From: Escherichia phage vB_Eco_CWW26
Sequence record: PQ900155.1
Length of the DNA: 48,021 bases
Strand: one strand, 5' to 3'
The notes under the pieces are model-generated. The model had not been told where the DNA came from. It was given only the letters and a program-made list of their open reading frames with translations, and searched no databases. Below are positions 7,735 through 18,196 of the stretch, piece by piece (positions within the stretch are counted from its first letter, which is position 1; each line of letters opens with the position of its first letter). Made by a program: the position numbers and the translations under genes.

Positions 7735-8829
7735 ATGCAAATCACCGTAACGCACAATGACCGTAAAAGTTTTGCACTGAATTCCCAACGTGTTTACACG
7801 GATGAGGGATTTCTGCGTGTGCCGGGTAAAGCCGCTCGTACTGGTATTCAGGAATATCTCGCTTCGGAACTGGGACTGAAAGGTCGCGCACCGAACGACA
7901 TTATCCGTGTGTACCGTCCCGCCGAAGAAGTGTTTAATGATGAATCACTTCAGAGCTATCTCGGTGCAGATGTCACGAATAACCATCCTCCTACGCTTGT
8001 CAATGCTTCCACATACCGTAATACTTCCGTTGGTGTTGTAACGAGTGTCGGTCGTCAGGACGGCGATTTCGTCATTGTGGATATGGTTATCAAGGATAAA
8101 GACGCGATTAAGGCTGTCGAAACCGGTAAGTGTGAGTTGTCAGCGGGTTACACGGCGGTGTATGATGATACACCGGGGACAACGCCGGAAGGTGAACCAT
8201 ACGACTTCCGACAGACTCAGATTAAAATTAACCACGTTGCAATTGTTGACCGTGCTCGTGCGGGTGCAATGGCGCGTATCTTCGATAATATGGAGAAAAA
8301 ACCCATGTATCAAATCACCACTGACACCGGGCTAAAAGTTGATGTGGCGGATGCTGCGGTAGTAGACGCGTTCAAACGCTTGGAACAGCGTGTCAGTGAC
8401 GCCGAAGCCGCCAAAGAAACCGTACAGGCTCAACTCGACGCAGCAATGGAACAGGTTGCCGACCTGACCACTAAATGCAGCGACGAAGCCCTGAAAGCAC
8501 GCGTGGAAGCAATCGCACGTGTTACCTCCTCAGCGCGTAAAGTTGCTGGCGATGAATTCACCTGTGACAGCATGGACCCGGTTACAATCAAACGTGCCGC
8601 TCTCGCTGTTAAACGTCCGTCTGTTGACTGGGCTGAAAAATCTGCCGCCTATGTTGAAGCCGCTTTCGACATGGCTGTGGAAGAACCGGTGAAACCTGTG
8701 GTAGACTCACAGCTTGAGCAACTGGCTAAAGATGGTGCTAAAGACATCAAACAGCCGGTAGCCGACGCAAAACCTGTACTGTCCCGCGCACAAGAAGCAC
8801 TGCTGCGTCAGACTGGTAAACTTAAATAA
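7735..8829 (+). CDS. Scaffold/prohead-core-like protein (DUF2213-like)
   Basis: This is track ORF 7687..8829, and the start is uncertain (ATG at 7687, 7708 or 7735, none with a strong SD). It has ARTGIQEY near the N-terminus and an Ala/Glu-rich coiled C-terminal half. It sits between the morphogenesis and capsid genes. Confidence 0.5.
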   Translation: MQITVTHNDRKSFALNSQRVYTDEGFLRVPGKAARTGIQEYLASELGLKGRAPNDIIRVYRPAEEVFNDESLQSYLGADVTNNHPPTLVNASTYRNTSVGVVTSVGRQDGDFVIVDMVIKDKDAIKAVETGKCELSAGYTAVYDDTPGTTPEGEPYDFRQTQIKINHVAIVDRARAGAMARIFDNMEKKPMYQITTDTGLKVDVADAAVVDAFKRLEQRVSDAEAAKETVQAQLDAAMEQVADLTTKCSDEALKARVEAIARVTSSARKVAGDEFTCDSMDPVTIKRAALAVKRPSVDWAEKSAAYVEAAFDMAVEEPVKPVVDSQLEQLAKDGAKDIKQPVADAKPVLSRAQEALLRQTGKLK

Positions 8830-8840
8830 GGGTGACATAG

Positions 8841-9329
8841 ATGGCTATTACTGCAACCAGCTACGGTCTGAATCACGACGCAGCCTTTACCGGGATGGTC
8901 GCCGACGGACAAGTAGCGAATATCGTTTCCAAAATCAACGATGACACCGCAACCGTCGCATATGGTAAAGGTGTTGTACGTAGCGGCGAGAAAGGCTTTA
9001 AGGCTGCAACTGCCAGCTCCACAGCTACTGACTTCGTGGGCGTACTGGTTCGTGAACTGAACCGCTCATACGCTGACGGTGCAACTTTTGGTGCTCCGGT
9101 TGATCGTCCGGCATCTGTGCTCACTGCTGGCGTAATCTGGGTAACCGTGGCAGAGGCTGTTGCTGTTGGTGACGCTGCATTCCTGCGTGTTGGTGCGACT
9201 CAGACCGGCGATTTCGCTAAGACAGAGGGTTCCGCAGCAACTCTGTCGGTTGCCATTCCTGGCGCTAAATTCCTCACTGCCGCGACAGCCGGTGGTCTGG
9301 CTAAACTGTCTCTGGTTGTTGGGGGTTAA
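8841..9329 (+). CDS. Head structural/decoration-like protein (DUF2190-like)
   Basis: 162 aa, Ala/Gly/Val-rich, immediately upstream of the major capsid gene. Confidence 0.4.
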   Translation: MAITATSYGLNHDAAFTGMVADGQVANIVSKINDDTATVAYGKGVVRSGEKGFKAATASSTATDFVGVLVRELNRSYADGATFGAPVDRPASVLTAGVIWVTVAEAVAVGDAAFLRVGATQTGDFAKTEGSAATLSVAIPGAKFLTAATAGGLAKLSLVVGG

Positions 9330-9331
9330 TA

Positions 9332-10366
9332 ATGGATAAGTTAAACAGCGTTGTACTTGACGCACAGACTATCGCGGGTAACCCGTGGGTTAAACAGTAT
9401 CTGGATGGTCAGAATGCTATCAACGTTCCGACTGAATTCCGTGATGCTGACGGCGGTATCGCATTCTACATCTCTCAGCTGGCACAGATTGAGCAGACCA
9501 TCTATGCAACTCCGTATGCGGATATCACTTATCTGCAGGACATCCCGGTTGTATCCGGCATTCCTGAGTTTGCGAACCACTGGAACTACCGGTCATATGA
9601 TGGCGTCACGGTCGGGAAATTCATCGGCGCAAACGCTATGGACCTGCCTCGCGTTGCCCAGTCTGCAAAACTCCACACTGTACCGCTGAACTACGGCGGC
9701 ATCGAGTGTCACTACAGCATCGACGAGCTGCGCACCACTGCGTCTCAGAACATGCCGATTGACACCATGCAGCAGCAGCTGGCATATCGTGGCTATGAAG
9801 AACACAGTCAGAAAGTGGCGTACTTCGGCGACTCACAGCTGGGAATGTCCGGCCTCCTGAATCATCCCAACGTGACAGTTACATCAGCCACTGTCGACTA
9901 TAAAACCGCCACCGGTCAGCAGCTGTTCGACATGATCAACGACCCGTTGTTCAACATCATCAAACTGTCCAAAAACTTCCACCTGCCGAATACCATCCGC
10001 GTATTCCCGGACCTGTGGAAACGCATGAACAGCACGCTGATGACCGGGTATACTGACCGCACCGTTATGGAGCATTTCAAAATCAATAACTCCTTCACCC
10101 TGATGACCGGGCAGGAAATTGATATTCAGGTTCGTTACCAGCTGACCGCTGCGGAACTGGCTGCGGGCGGCGTGTCCAACAGTTCGAAAGACCGCGTGCT
10201 CATTTACGAGAAGAACGACCGCAACCTGGGTGTTGCCAAGCCGATTCCGTTCCGCATGCTGGCGCCGCAGAATAAAGGTCTGGCCGTAACTGTACCGGCA
10301 GAGTATAAGATTTCAGGCACTGAAATTCGCTACCCTCTGAGTGCAATCTACCTCGACATGCTGTAA
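9332..10366 (+). CDS. Major capsid protein
   Basis: 344 aa at the canonical position. It is followed by a strong intrinsic terminator, typical of the most highly expressed late gene. Confidence 0.7.
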   Translation: MDKLNSVVLDAQTIAGNPWVKQYLDGQNAINVPTEFRDADGGIAFYISQLAQIEQTIYATPYADITYLQDIPVVSGIPEFANHWNYRSYDGVTVGKFIGANAMDLPRVAQSAKLHTVPLNYGGIECHYSIDELRTTASQNMPIDTMQQQLAYRGYEEHSQKVAYFGDSQLGMSGLLNHPNVTVTSATVDYKTATGQQLFDMINDPLFNIIKLSKNFHLPNTIRVFPDLWKRMNSTLMTGYTDRTVMEHFKINNSFTLMTGQEIDIQVRYQLTAAELAAGGVSNSSKDRVLIYEKNDRNLGVAKPIPFRMLAPQNKGLAVTVPAEYKISGTEIRYPLSAIYLDML

Positions 10367-10388
10367 TACCTACCCTCAGCGACATCCC

Positions 10389-10415
10389 AAGCCCTCTTCG
10401 GAGGGCTTTTCTTTT
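10389..10415 (+). terminator. Rho-independent terminator after the capsid gene
   Basis: aagccctc-ttcg-gagggctt hairpin followed by ttcttttg. Confidence 0.75.
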
Positions 10416-10462
10416 GCCTCCTCTTTGGTTATAGTTAACACCATCTCAAGAGGAGCAATTCC

Positions 10463-12043
10463 ATGTTTATAGAAAAAGCAAAAGAAATACATAAAGGAAA
10501 ATATGACTATTCCAAAGTGGAATATGTAAACAACAAAACACCTGTGACGATAGTTTGCCCGGTGCATGGCGATTTCGTTCAACTACCACAGGGACACCTG
10601 AAATGCGAAATAGCGTGCCCAAAATGCAGAATCGACGACGTTTATGACCGAATGATACAACAGGCGCGAGCGATTCATGGTGACAAGTACTCATACGTCC
10701 GGGAATCGTTCATTTCCGTAGTCAAGAAAATGTCCATAGTGTGTCCGGTACACGGGGTGTATTACATGACACTGAATAACCACGTTCACGGGGGTGCGGA
10801 GTGTAAACCCTGCGCACTGGCAAAGCGTGGTGAGTTACACCGAAAGACACTTGATAGTTTTGTAGAAGACGCGAAAAAAGTTCATGGTGACAGGTACGAT
10901 TATTCCAAAGTTGTTTACGAGGGTAACAAAAAGAAAATAACCATCACTTGTGCAAAACATGGTGACTTTAAACAGGAACCATCTTCACATCTTTCAGGAA
11001 GAGGTTGTCCAAAATGCGGCCTTGAGTCAAGAGTAAGCAAAAGCATGAGTACTCTTGAAAGATTCATTCGCAAAAGCAGAGTCATACATGGTGATAAATA
11101 CGATTATTCCAAAGCGGTGTATAAAGGTAGTGACCAAAAATTAACCATAATTTGTCCGGTACATGGTGAATTTTCCCAATACGCAAACAACCACTCTACT
11201 CTTGGCCATCAATGCCCGACGTGTTCTAAAGCTGGTGTGTCCCGGGGTGAATTTGAAGTCTTCAACTTCGTCCGTTCCATCTGTCCCGATGCGGTACAAT
11301 CTGACCGTACAGTCATTGGACCGCTGGAACTTGATGTTGTAGTGCCGTCGCGCAATCTGGCAATTGAATTTAACGGCCTGTACTGGCACGATGAACGCAC
11401 GAAAAACAAGAAGTATCACATCACCAAGCGTCACCGCGTGGAAGCCGCAGGATACCGTCTGATAAGTATCCGTGAGGATGTCTGGAATGAGCGCCGCGAA
11501 CAGGTGGAAAGTATCATTCGCAACGCACTCGGCGTGACATCCGACAAAGTGTTTGCCCGCAAATGTAATATCGTGGAAGTTTCGACGTCTGAAGCGAAGG
11601 TATTTATGGAGAAACACCACGTGCAGGGTTTCCGGGGTGCGACCGTACATTATGGTCTGCAACACGATGATACATTAGTCGCCGTAATCAGTCTGACAAA
11701 CTGGCAGAAAAAGAATGAGTGGGAACTGGTACGATATGCAACCGCGTGTAATGTTCCGGGTGGACTGTCCCGCCTGTGGAAACATGCTACCACGGTTAAC
11801 AACATTGTCCGTGCCTATTCATACGTTGACCGGGATTTGTTCAGTGGTTCCGGTTATATTAATGCCGGTTTCACACTTTCAACCACGACAGTGGGGTTCA
11901 GGATTGTAAATGGTTGCACAACCGAATCGCGTGAGAAGTGGAACCGCGCACCAGATGAAATGACACAGACGCAATGGTACGAATCAGAAGGTGTATCACG
12001 CATCTACGATTCTGGACAGGACAAGCTGTTATGGGTAGAATGA
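10463..12043 (+). mobile_element. Free-standing homing-endonuclease-like gene: four tandem Zn-ribbon repeats, a PD-(D/E)XK/Vsr-like core and a Hef-like C-terminal domain (526 aa)
   Basis: Four repeats of the form HG(D)KYDYSKV-Y-x6-K-x-I-CP-HG-F-x10-CPxC span aa 3-56, 64-118, 131-185 and 198-254 (nt 10469..11224). These are followed by LELDVVVPSRNLAIEFNGLYWHDE (nuclease core) and ARKCNIVEV..FMEKHHVQG. The gene has its own RBS after the capsid terminator and interrupts the head gene order. Confidence 0.6.
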
Positions 12044-12075
12044 CAACGGGTAAGTATTGCAACTAAAGGTGATTT

Positions 12076-12393
12076 ATGGTTACTGTAAAAAATATTTCCG
12101 CTCGTCCGTTCATGATGCCGGGCGAAGAAGACGTGATGGAACGTATGCTGGCACCGGGTGATTCGAAAGAATTCGAAGTTACTCCGGCAATTTACAGCCT
12201 GGTCAGCGCATATCAGGAAGCAGGTGAACTGGTTGTCATTTCGGGCGAACTGAAGAACCCTGAATCGGACGTCGAGGATGTGACCATCGACAAACTTCGT
12301 GCGGAAGCCGAAGAACTGGGTATCAAAGTTGATACACGCTGGAAGAAGTCACGACTTCAGCAAGAGATTGAGGCAGCAAAAGCCGCCTCTTAA
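12076..12393 (+). CDS. Hypothetical virion-module protein with C-terminal HeH/SAP-like motif (105 aa)
   Basis: ORF with an RBS. The C-terminus KLRAEAEELGIKVDTRWKKSRLQQEIE resembles HeH motifs. Confidence 0.45.
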   Translation: MVTVKNISARPFMMPGEEDVMERMLAPGDSKEFEVTPAIYSLVSAYQEAGELVVISGELKNPESDVEDVTIDKLRAEAEELGIKVDTRWKKSRLQQEIEAAKAAS

Positions 12394-12411
12394 TTAACAT
12401 AGGGGTGTGAA

Positions 12412-12992
12412 ATGGCTTTCCCGTCAAATGTAATTCCACCCTCACAACAGCCCCTGTCTGAACTCCTGGATATCTGGGAGAGACAGGGGTATGTTTTTGA
12501 GGCTTCCACTGTTACCAGCGTTGCTGCGGGTGCATCGAATAAAACTATCTTCGTCGCCGGGTCACGTCCGGTAATCCTCTTTGACCGTCAGTTGTCATAC
12601 GATGGTGTCGGGGTGAACGCCGCAATCTTTCGCGCGCCCACGTACACCGGTGGCACACTTGTTACTGAAATCAACAATGCCAATGACATCATTACACAGA
12701 CCAATACGGCCAATATCTACAGTGGTGCGACGGTGACAGCAGACGGTATCCAGACTCGTTCGGTTCGTTATATTTTCGGCACCACAAGTAACCAGGGCGC
12801 GGGTGACGCATTACGTGCAATCCAAAGTCCACAATTGCTTTTACCCGGCGCAGTGCTTAATCTGGTACTGACGAATCGTGACACCAACGCGGCGCAGAAC
12901 ATCGCATCACATTTGCGCTGGGCCGAACCACCAACAATTCCGGGACTGGTCATTCAGAATGGTCAGTTTGTAAGCTATAACGGGGTCAATCT

Positions 12993-12996
<4 letters not shown>
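12412..12996 (+). CDS. Hypothetical structural protein (194 aa)
   Basis: ORF with a GGGG RBS, in the head-completion region. Confidence 0.5.
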
Positions 12997-13770
<774 letters not shown>

Positions 13771-13789
13771 GCCCCTCACGGGGCTTTGT
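13771..13789 (+). terminator. Terminator-like hairpin gcccc-tcac-ggggc + ttt
   Basis: GC stem directly after the stop codon with a short T run. It lies between convergent gene ends. Confidence 0.45.
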
Positions 13790-13865
13790 AAGACATGAAT
13801 GCTTTCATGAATTCCGCTGCACCTTTGTCCCATTCGTTACAATGGTTAACCATCCGTATCGTGAG

Positions 13866-14414
13866 TTAACTTCCGGTACTCCCAAAACCACCCTGACGGT
13901 TAGTTTTCTGTTGGGGAGGTTCATTGATTTCATTAAACGTCACTTGTTCGACTGGAATTAGCATCCCCTGTGCGATCCGGTCACCGTGATTAACCCAGAA
14001 CACACCTTCATGATGGTTAACATCCTGCGTCAACTTAACCATTAACTCACCAGTGTAGTCACTGTCAATGACGCCGGTACAATTTGACAGACGGACATCG
14101 CTGTTAAATCCGTGACCACTGCGTGAGTAAATCATCAAAGCATGTCCAACTGGTATATCAAATTTAAGCCCTGTAGGAATGATTACAGGCTCACCGTTGT
14201 GAATTAGCACTGGTTTATCGAGTGCAGCATAAATATCGAAGCACGCGCTTCCTGACGTTGCATACGTTGGGATACGTGCACCAGGACGTGACAGGTAAAC
14301 ATTCATTTCGCTCATTTCTTCAACTCTCCAGCCATATTGTGCGCGGTTAAGCGCGATAAATTTATCTTTCGTTGTAAATAAAACTGTTCCGGACTTATGC
14401 ATTACTACCCACAT
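13866..14414 (-). CDS. dut: dUTPase (trimeric dUTP diphosphatase)
   Basis: Motifs PTYATSGSACFDIYA, YSRSGHG, GVIDSDYTGEL and C-terminal RQGGFGSTG. An N-terminal extension of about 35 aa is possible, and the start could be 14414 or 14402. Confidence 0.85.
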   Translation of the reverse strand: MWVVMHKSGTVLFTTKDKFIALNRAQYGWRVEEMSEMNVYLSRPGARIPTYATSGSACFDIYAALDKPVLIHNGEPVIIPTGLKFDIPVGHALMIYSRSGHGFNSDVRLSNCTGVIDSDYTGELMVKLTQDVNHHEGVFWVNHGDRIAQGMLIPVEQVTFNEINEPPQQKTNRQGGFGSTGS

Positions 14415-14793
14415 ATTTAATCACCATGTATCCTGGTCTGGCGGAAAGTGAGACCTTGTGTCCATATATCCACGCGGTTTTATATACGTATGTCAACTGT
14501 GCGGTGCGCAATTTAATGTCAGAATATGTAGCTTTCGTTCTCCATTCCCATGTAAATTTATCGCCTGGTTTTGCTCTTTCAAGGGCGTCAAGAAGGATGA
14601 TGCGCTCATACGACCTTACTCCACGTGATACGCGTCTCCGGGTTTTGGGCTTCCCTCGTGCCAGACTTCGACCATCTGGTTTTCCACTTTTTGTGATTCG
14701 TATCAGTCTCTGTGATGGCTGTGCGACATCTCGAGGGACACTCTCTTCTGGAACAGAATTTATTTTTTTTAAAATATAAGATGCAAATGACAC
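14395..14793 (-). CDS. Hypothetical basic protein (132 aa, GTG start)
   Basis: This is track ORF 14395..14856, but its upstream ATG lies inside the promoter -35. GTG 14793 is preceded by AGAGGAG with 7-nt spacing. Confidence 0.5.
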   Translation of the reverse strand: MSFASYILKKINSVPEESVPRDVAQPSQRLIRITKSGKPDGRSLARGKPKTRRRVSRGVRSYERIILLDALERAKPGDKFTWEWRTKATYSDIKLRTAQLTYVYKTAWIYGHKVSLSARPGYMVIKYVGSNA

Positions 14794-14824
14794 TGTGTTA
14801 CTCCTCTCTGTAATTTGTAAAACG

Positions 14825-14853
14825 AGTATATCAATGATTGACGTACTCGTCAA
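14825..14853 (-). promoter_or_regulatory. Leftward promoter TTGACG-N17-TATACT in perfect palindrome TTGACG-TACT-CGTCAA (14838..14853)
   Basis: The minus strand reads ttgacg agtacgtcaatcattga tatact. The right half-site is the first 10 bp of repeat copy B. Confidence 0.65.
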
Positions 14854-15143
14854 CACCTCATTTTACCCCGAAATACCCGAGCTATCGGGGTGGTGAATTT
14901 ACATTCACAATCATAGGTTTACGCGCATAACCGAAAACCCCGTACATTCTTCCCTTCTTCCTTCTTATAAACCTTATAAACTATACATTATGTATTATAC
15001 TACATTTATACTATATATTATATACTTTCTATTACTACTAATTACTATTTTATAAGGGTATAAGGGTAATAAGTAGTATAGTACTGAAAGGTAAAGAGTT
15101 TTTGATACCCCGATGAAGTACCCCGAACGACTTTCAACGGGGT
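14844..15143. repeat. Copy B of the 300-bp perfect direct repeat
   Basis: Identical to 1..300. It is intergenic, lying between the divergent dUTPase cassette (-) and the tail operon (+). Confidence 0.95.
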
Positions 15144-15146
15144 GTG

Positions 15147-15175
15147 TGGATACTGACGCAATGCTGTGTGATAAT
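15147..15175 (+). promoter_or_regulatory. sigma70-like promoter TGGATA-N17-GATAAT (with TGn extended -10) at the right edge of repeat copy B
   Basis: -35 tggata at 15147..15152 and -10 gataat at 15170..15175, preceded by tgt. It lies 24 nt upstream of ATG 15199. Confidence 0.5.
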
Positions 15176-15198
15176 GTCTTGACAAACGAGGGCACACT

Positions 15199-15702
15199 AT
15201 GTCAGTCAACATTACAGAATTGCAAAAGGCTAAAGGCATCATACGCGACAGGCTCGGGAGATTTGTTAAAGCCAGTAATCGTGTGATCACTGTTGGGATA
15301 CATGAGGACGCGGGTGAACATCCTGACTCCAGTATGACAAATGCCCAGCTTGGTGCATTGCTGAATTACGGTAACCCGAATAACAAATTGTACGGTAATC
15401 CTGCACCTATTCCGCCGCGCCCCTGGCTGATACCCGGTGTGGAAAGTGGTAAACAGGACATCATCGACACCATCGCTCACGGTGTAGCCAATGATTTACC
15501 GCTTGACCAGGTTCTGGAACAAGTGGGCGAGTTTGCAGCTGGTGCCGTTCAGCAATACATGACCGATTTACAGCAACCCCCAAACAGTCCCTACACTATT
15601 GCTCAGAAGGGTTCCAGTAATCCACTTATCGATACTGGTGCTTTACGTGCAAGCGTGACGTATAAGGTCAGCAACGAAAAACCTGATGAGGGTATCTTAT
15701 GA
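15199..15702 (+). CDS. Head-tail joining / tail completion protein (HK97 gp10-like?)
   Basis: 167 aa, first gene of the tail operon, with a GAGGG RBS. Confidence 0.4.
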   Translation: MSVNITELQKAKGIIRDRLGRFVKASNRVITVGIHEDAGEHPDSSMTNAQLGALLNYGNPNNKLYGNPAPIPPRPWLIPGVESGKQDIIDTIAHGVANDLPLDQVLEQVGEFAAGAVQQYMTDLQQPPNSPYTIAQKGSSNPLIDTGALRASVTYKVSNEKPDEGIL

Positions 15703-16052
15703 GTCTGTCAATGCGTGGTCATATTGACAACGTGTTTAAATCTGTACCGGCGACACATGTGGGTAAATCTGGCTCATACGTGGACGGTATCTGGACACCC
15801 GTGACATCCGGACCGGTTGCGTTCACGGTGAACATTCAACCACTGAGCGACAAGGAAATTGATTTTCTGCGTCAGGGCGGTCAGCGCATCGTTGACCCGC
15901 GTAAGATATACGTTAACAATGGTGACCTCGACTCAATCGCGCTCGATGGTGAATGGGTATTCCTGGGTCAGCGCTGGAAAGTCATTCGCACTGACAATCG
16001 CCCGTGGCGTAAATACTGTAAGGTAATTGTGGACCGCTATGACCAACAATGA
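15699..16052 (+). CDS. Hypothetical tail/neck protein (117 aa)
   Basis: Coupled ORF (ATGA overlap). Confidence 0.45.
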   Translation: MSLSMRGHIDNVFKSVPATHVGKSGSYVDGIWTPVTSGPVAFTVNIQPLSDKEIDFLRQGGQRIVDPRKIYVNNGDLDSIALDGEWVFLGQRWKVIRTDNRPWRKYCKVIVDRYDQQ

Positions 16053-16563
16053 AATCTTTGCAGCTCTCAGGCCGCATATACTCAACGTGACGGGTGTCAG
16101 CGAGTGTATCCTTGCCGACCCCAACGGACCGTCTCCGGACGGCCCCTACGCGTCTGTACGCCCACGTCAGAGCATCCGTGAACGCGGTCAGGCGAACATC
16201 ATCATGACCGACGGCGCAAATGACACCATCGTGTACGAAATTCGTGCGCAGATTGTCGCATCCTGTGAAATTAATTTCTTCCGCGGTGAAGCAATGCAGT
16301 ACGCTGAAATGCTGAAGGAATGTCACAAGCGCCCGGACGTGTGCTGGTCCCTGTGGCAAAAGGGGATTGGCTGGGGTGGGACTGAACCAGTTAATAACCT
16401 GACAGCGCTACAGGCGAGCAACTTTGAACAGCGTGCACAAATCATCGTTAAACTACTTTACGAAGCGGTAAATACGGTGACAGTAAATAATATTCTGCAC
16501 GCTCCGGTTAATGTGTGGGACGAGTACAACAGAGTATTACTTTCTGATGAAATTTCGATATAA
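16039..16563 (+). CDS. Hypothetical tail/neck protein (174 aa)
   Basis: This is track ORF 16027..16563, with ATG 16039 preferred over TTG 16027. Confidence 0.45.
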   Translation: MTNNEIFAALRPHILNVTGVSECILADPNGPSPDGPYASVRPRQSIRERGQANIIMTDGANDTIVYEIRAQIVASCEINFFRGEAMQYAEMLKECHKRPDVCWSLWQKGIGWGGTEPVNNLTALQASNFEQRAQIIVKLLYEAVNTVTVNNILHAPVNVWDEYNRVLLSDEISI

Positions 16564-16603
16564 TGGTCAACGTGTGCACACTGTAACTTACGAGGACTCG
16601 TAA

Positions 16604-17740
16604 ATGTCTTTTCCAGTTGAACAAATCATCCCAATCACGACCCGGATTTCTCCGGCGGGGTTAGGTACGGCAAACTTCGCTTCCGCGATGTTGTTTGCTA
16701 AAAACTCCGAACTCCCGAGCAGTTTCACCAAAGACACTGTTCGTACCTACTATTCCACCTCTTCTCTCGCCGCTGACTTTGCCCCTACGACTGAGACGTA
16801 CAAGGCTGGTGCCAAGTTCCTCGGCTCCACCCCCGCTGTACCGAAACTTACCGTGTGGGCTACCGCTGACGATGATGCCGATATCAAAGCAACGCTGACC
16901 AAAGCATTTGACAAGCATTACTGGTACTGGACACTTTTCACCAAAGACGTGCTGGCAACAGAGGCAAACGTATTGTCGATCGCATCCTGGTGTGAAGAGA
17001 ACAGCATCATGTTCCCGAACAGTCAGACTGGTGAGGCTGTGGTTAAAATTCGCAACCCTGACGCCAGCGATGACATCTGTTCACAGCTGAACACGCTGGG
17101 CTATCGTCACGCGTTTACCGTCGCTCACGCAACTGACCCATATGCGGCTTATGCGCTTATCAAGCATTCTGCTTCAGTCAATTACAGTGCTGACAACAGT
17201 ACCATTGATACCGAGTTCAAGAAATCTCCTGGTGTTGCTGCTGAAGACCTGTCCGACACCGAACAGAACGCGATGGTTGCCAAACGCTGCGCATTCTACA
17301 GTGTGCTCGACCTGCAAGGTAGCGCTGACAGTGGTCGCTGGTTACAGACGTGGTCGCACAGCACCTACGGTGAGTCTATTTCCGATATCGTCGATTTGGA
17401 TGCATTTGTGAACTCTCTGCGTGTGGAACTATACAACACCATCGTTAACCAGACCACCAAACTTCCGCAGACTCCTGTCGGTCAGGAAGCGCTCATTGGC
17501 GCCGCCAAACGTGTCGGTAAACAGTACATCCGTAACCGTTATCTCGGCCCGCGCAATTACACCAGTCCTGACACTGGTCTGGAAGCGTACACCGATGGCT
17601 TCGAAGTGCTGACTAAAGCGACGGATATTCTCGACTTGTCCGATTCTGACCGCGCGGCACGCAAGTCTGCACCGATTAACATGCGTGTGTTCAAAGCCGG
17701 CAGTATTCGCATCTGTGATGTCACCGTAGACGTTTATTAA
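16604..17740 (+). CDS. Tail sheath protein (DUF3383-like)
   Basis: 378 aa, immediately upstream of the tube, chaperone and tape measure genes. Confidence 0.7.
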   Translation: MSFPVEQIIPITTRISPAGLGTANFASAMLFAKNSELPSSFTKDTVRTYYSTSSLAADFAPTTETYKAGAKFLGSTPAVPKLTVWATADDDADIKATLTKAFDKHYWYWTLFTKDVLATEANVLSIASWCEENSIMFPNSQTGEAVVKIRNPDASDDICSQLNTLGYRHAFTVAHATDPYAAYALIKHSASVNYSADNSTIDTEFKKSPGVAAEDLSDTEQNAMVAKRCAFYSVLDLQGSADSGRWLQTWSHSTYGESISDIVDLDAFVNSLRVELYNTIVNQTTKLPQTPVGQEALIGAAKRVGKQYIRNRYLGPRNYTSPDTGLEAYTDGFEVLTKATDILDLSDSDRAARKSAPINMRVFKAGSIRICDVTVDVY

Positions 17741-17753
17741 TGGAGAATGACCG

Positions 17754-18170
17754 ATGTCATTAGAAAACTTTTCCACAAGTAACACGGTCATTACTATAAA
17801 TGGCCGAATCATTACTGATTTCGGGGAGTCTGACCCGCCGTACACTGACGAGCCGATTGACGCATCCACTGCGTTACGTCGTGGTCTCGGCGGTAACGCT
17901 ATTCGTCTGGACCGTATCAACCCGGGTCGTCGTGTCACGCTGAACCTCAACCCCGGCTCGGCTGACTCCGCGTATATTAACGGGCTGTTTCTGAGCAAGG
18001 CTAACATCGAGTTGACCTATACTCAGATTGGCACACTTGACGCCGCTGTTGGTGCAGAAGGTGTGATTGTGAACGATGGTCCGCGTGGGCGTGGTGGTCA
18101 GACAATTACCGATGACCAGTGGATTTTTGAGTTCAATTCATGGACTGCGTCAAAGGGTCCGGCAAGCTAA
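17754..18170 (+). CDS. Tail tube protein (DUF3277-like)
   Basis: 138 aa, directly after the sheath gene. Confidence 0.7.
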   Translation: MSLENFSTSNTVITINGRIITDFGESDPPYTDEPIDASTALRRGLGGNAIRLDRINPGRRVTLNLNPGSADSAYINGLFLSKANIELTYTQIGTLDAAVGAEGVIVNDGPRGRGGQTITDDQWIFEFNSWTASKGPAS

Positions 18171-18174
18171 ACAA

Positions 18175-18194
18175 AAGGGGCCTGATGGCCCCTT
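18175..18194. terminator. Hairpin aaggggcc-tgat-ggcccctt between convergent genes
   Basis: 8-bp GC-rich stem with aaaa upstream and tt downstream. It lies between the tube stop (18170) and the stop of 18197..18532 (-). Confidence 0.5.
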
Positions 18195-18196
18195 AG

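Noticed and set aside
11141-11665. 174-aa minus-strand ORF inside the homing-endonuclease-like gene
   Set aside because: It is a shadow ORF antisense to a gene with clear repeated Zn-ribbon and nuclease motifs, and it has no start context.
17429-18007. 192-aa minus-strand ORF spanning the sheath-tube junction
   Set aside because: It is entirely antisense to two well-supported, coupled structural genes. It is Arg/Ser/Pro-rich, has shadow-ORF composition and has no RBS.
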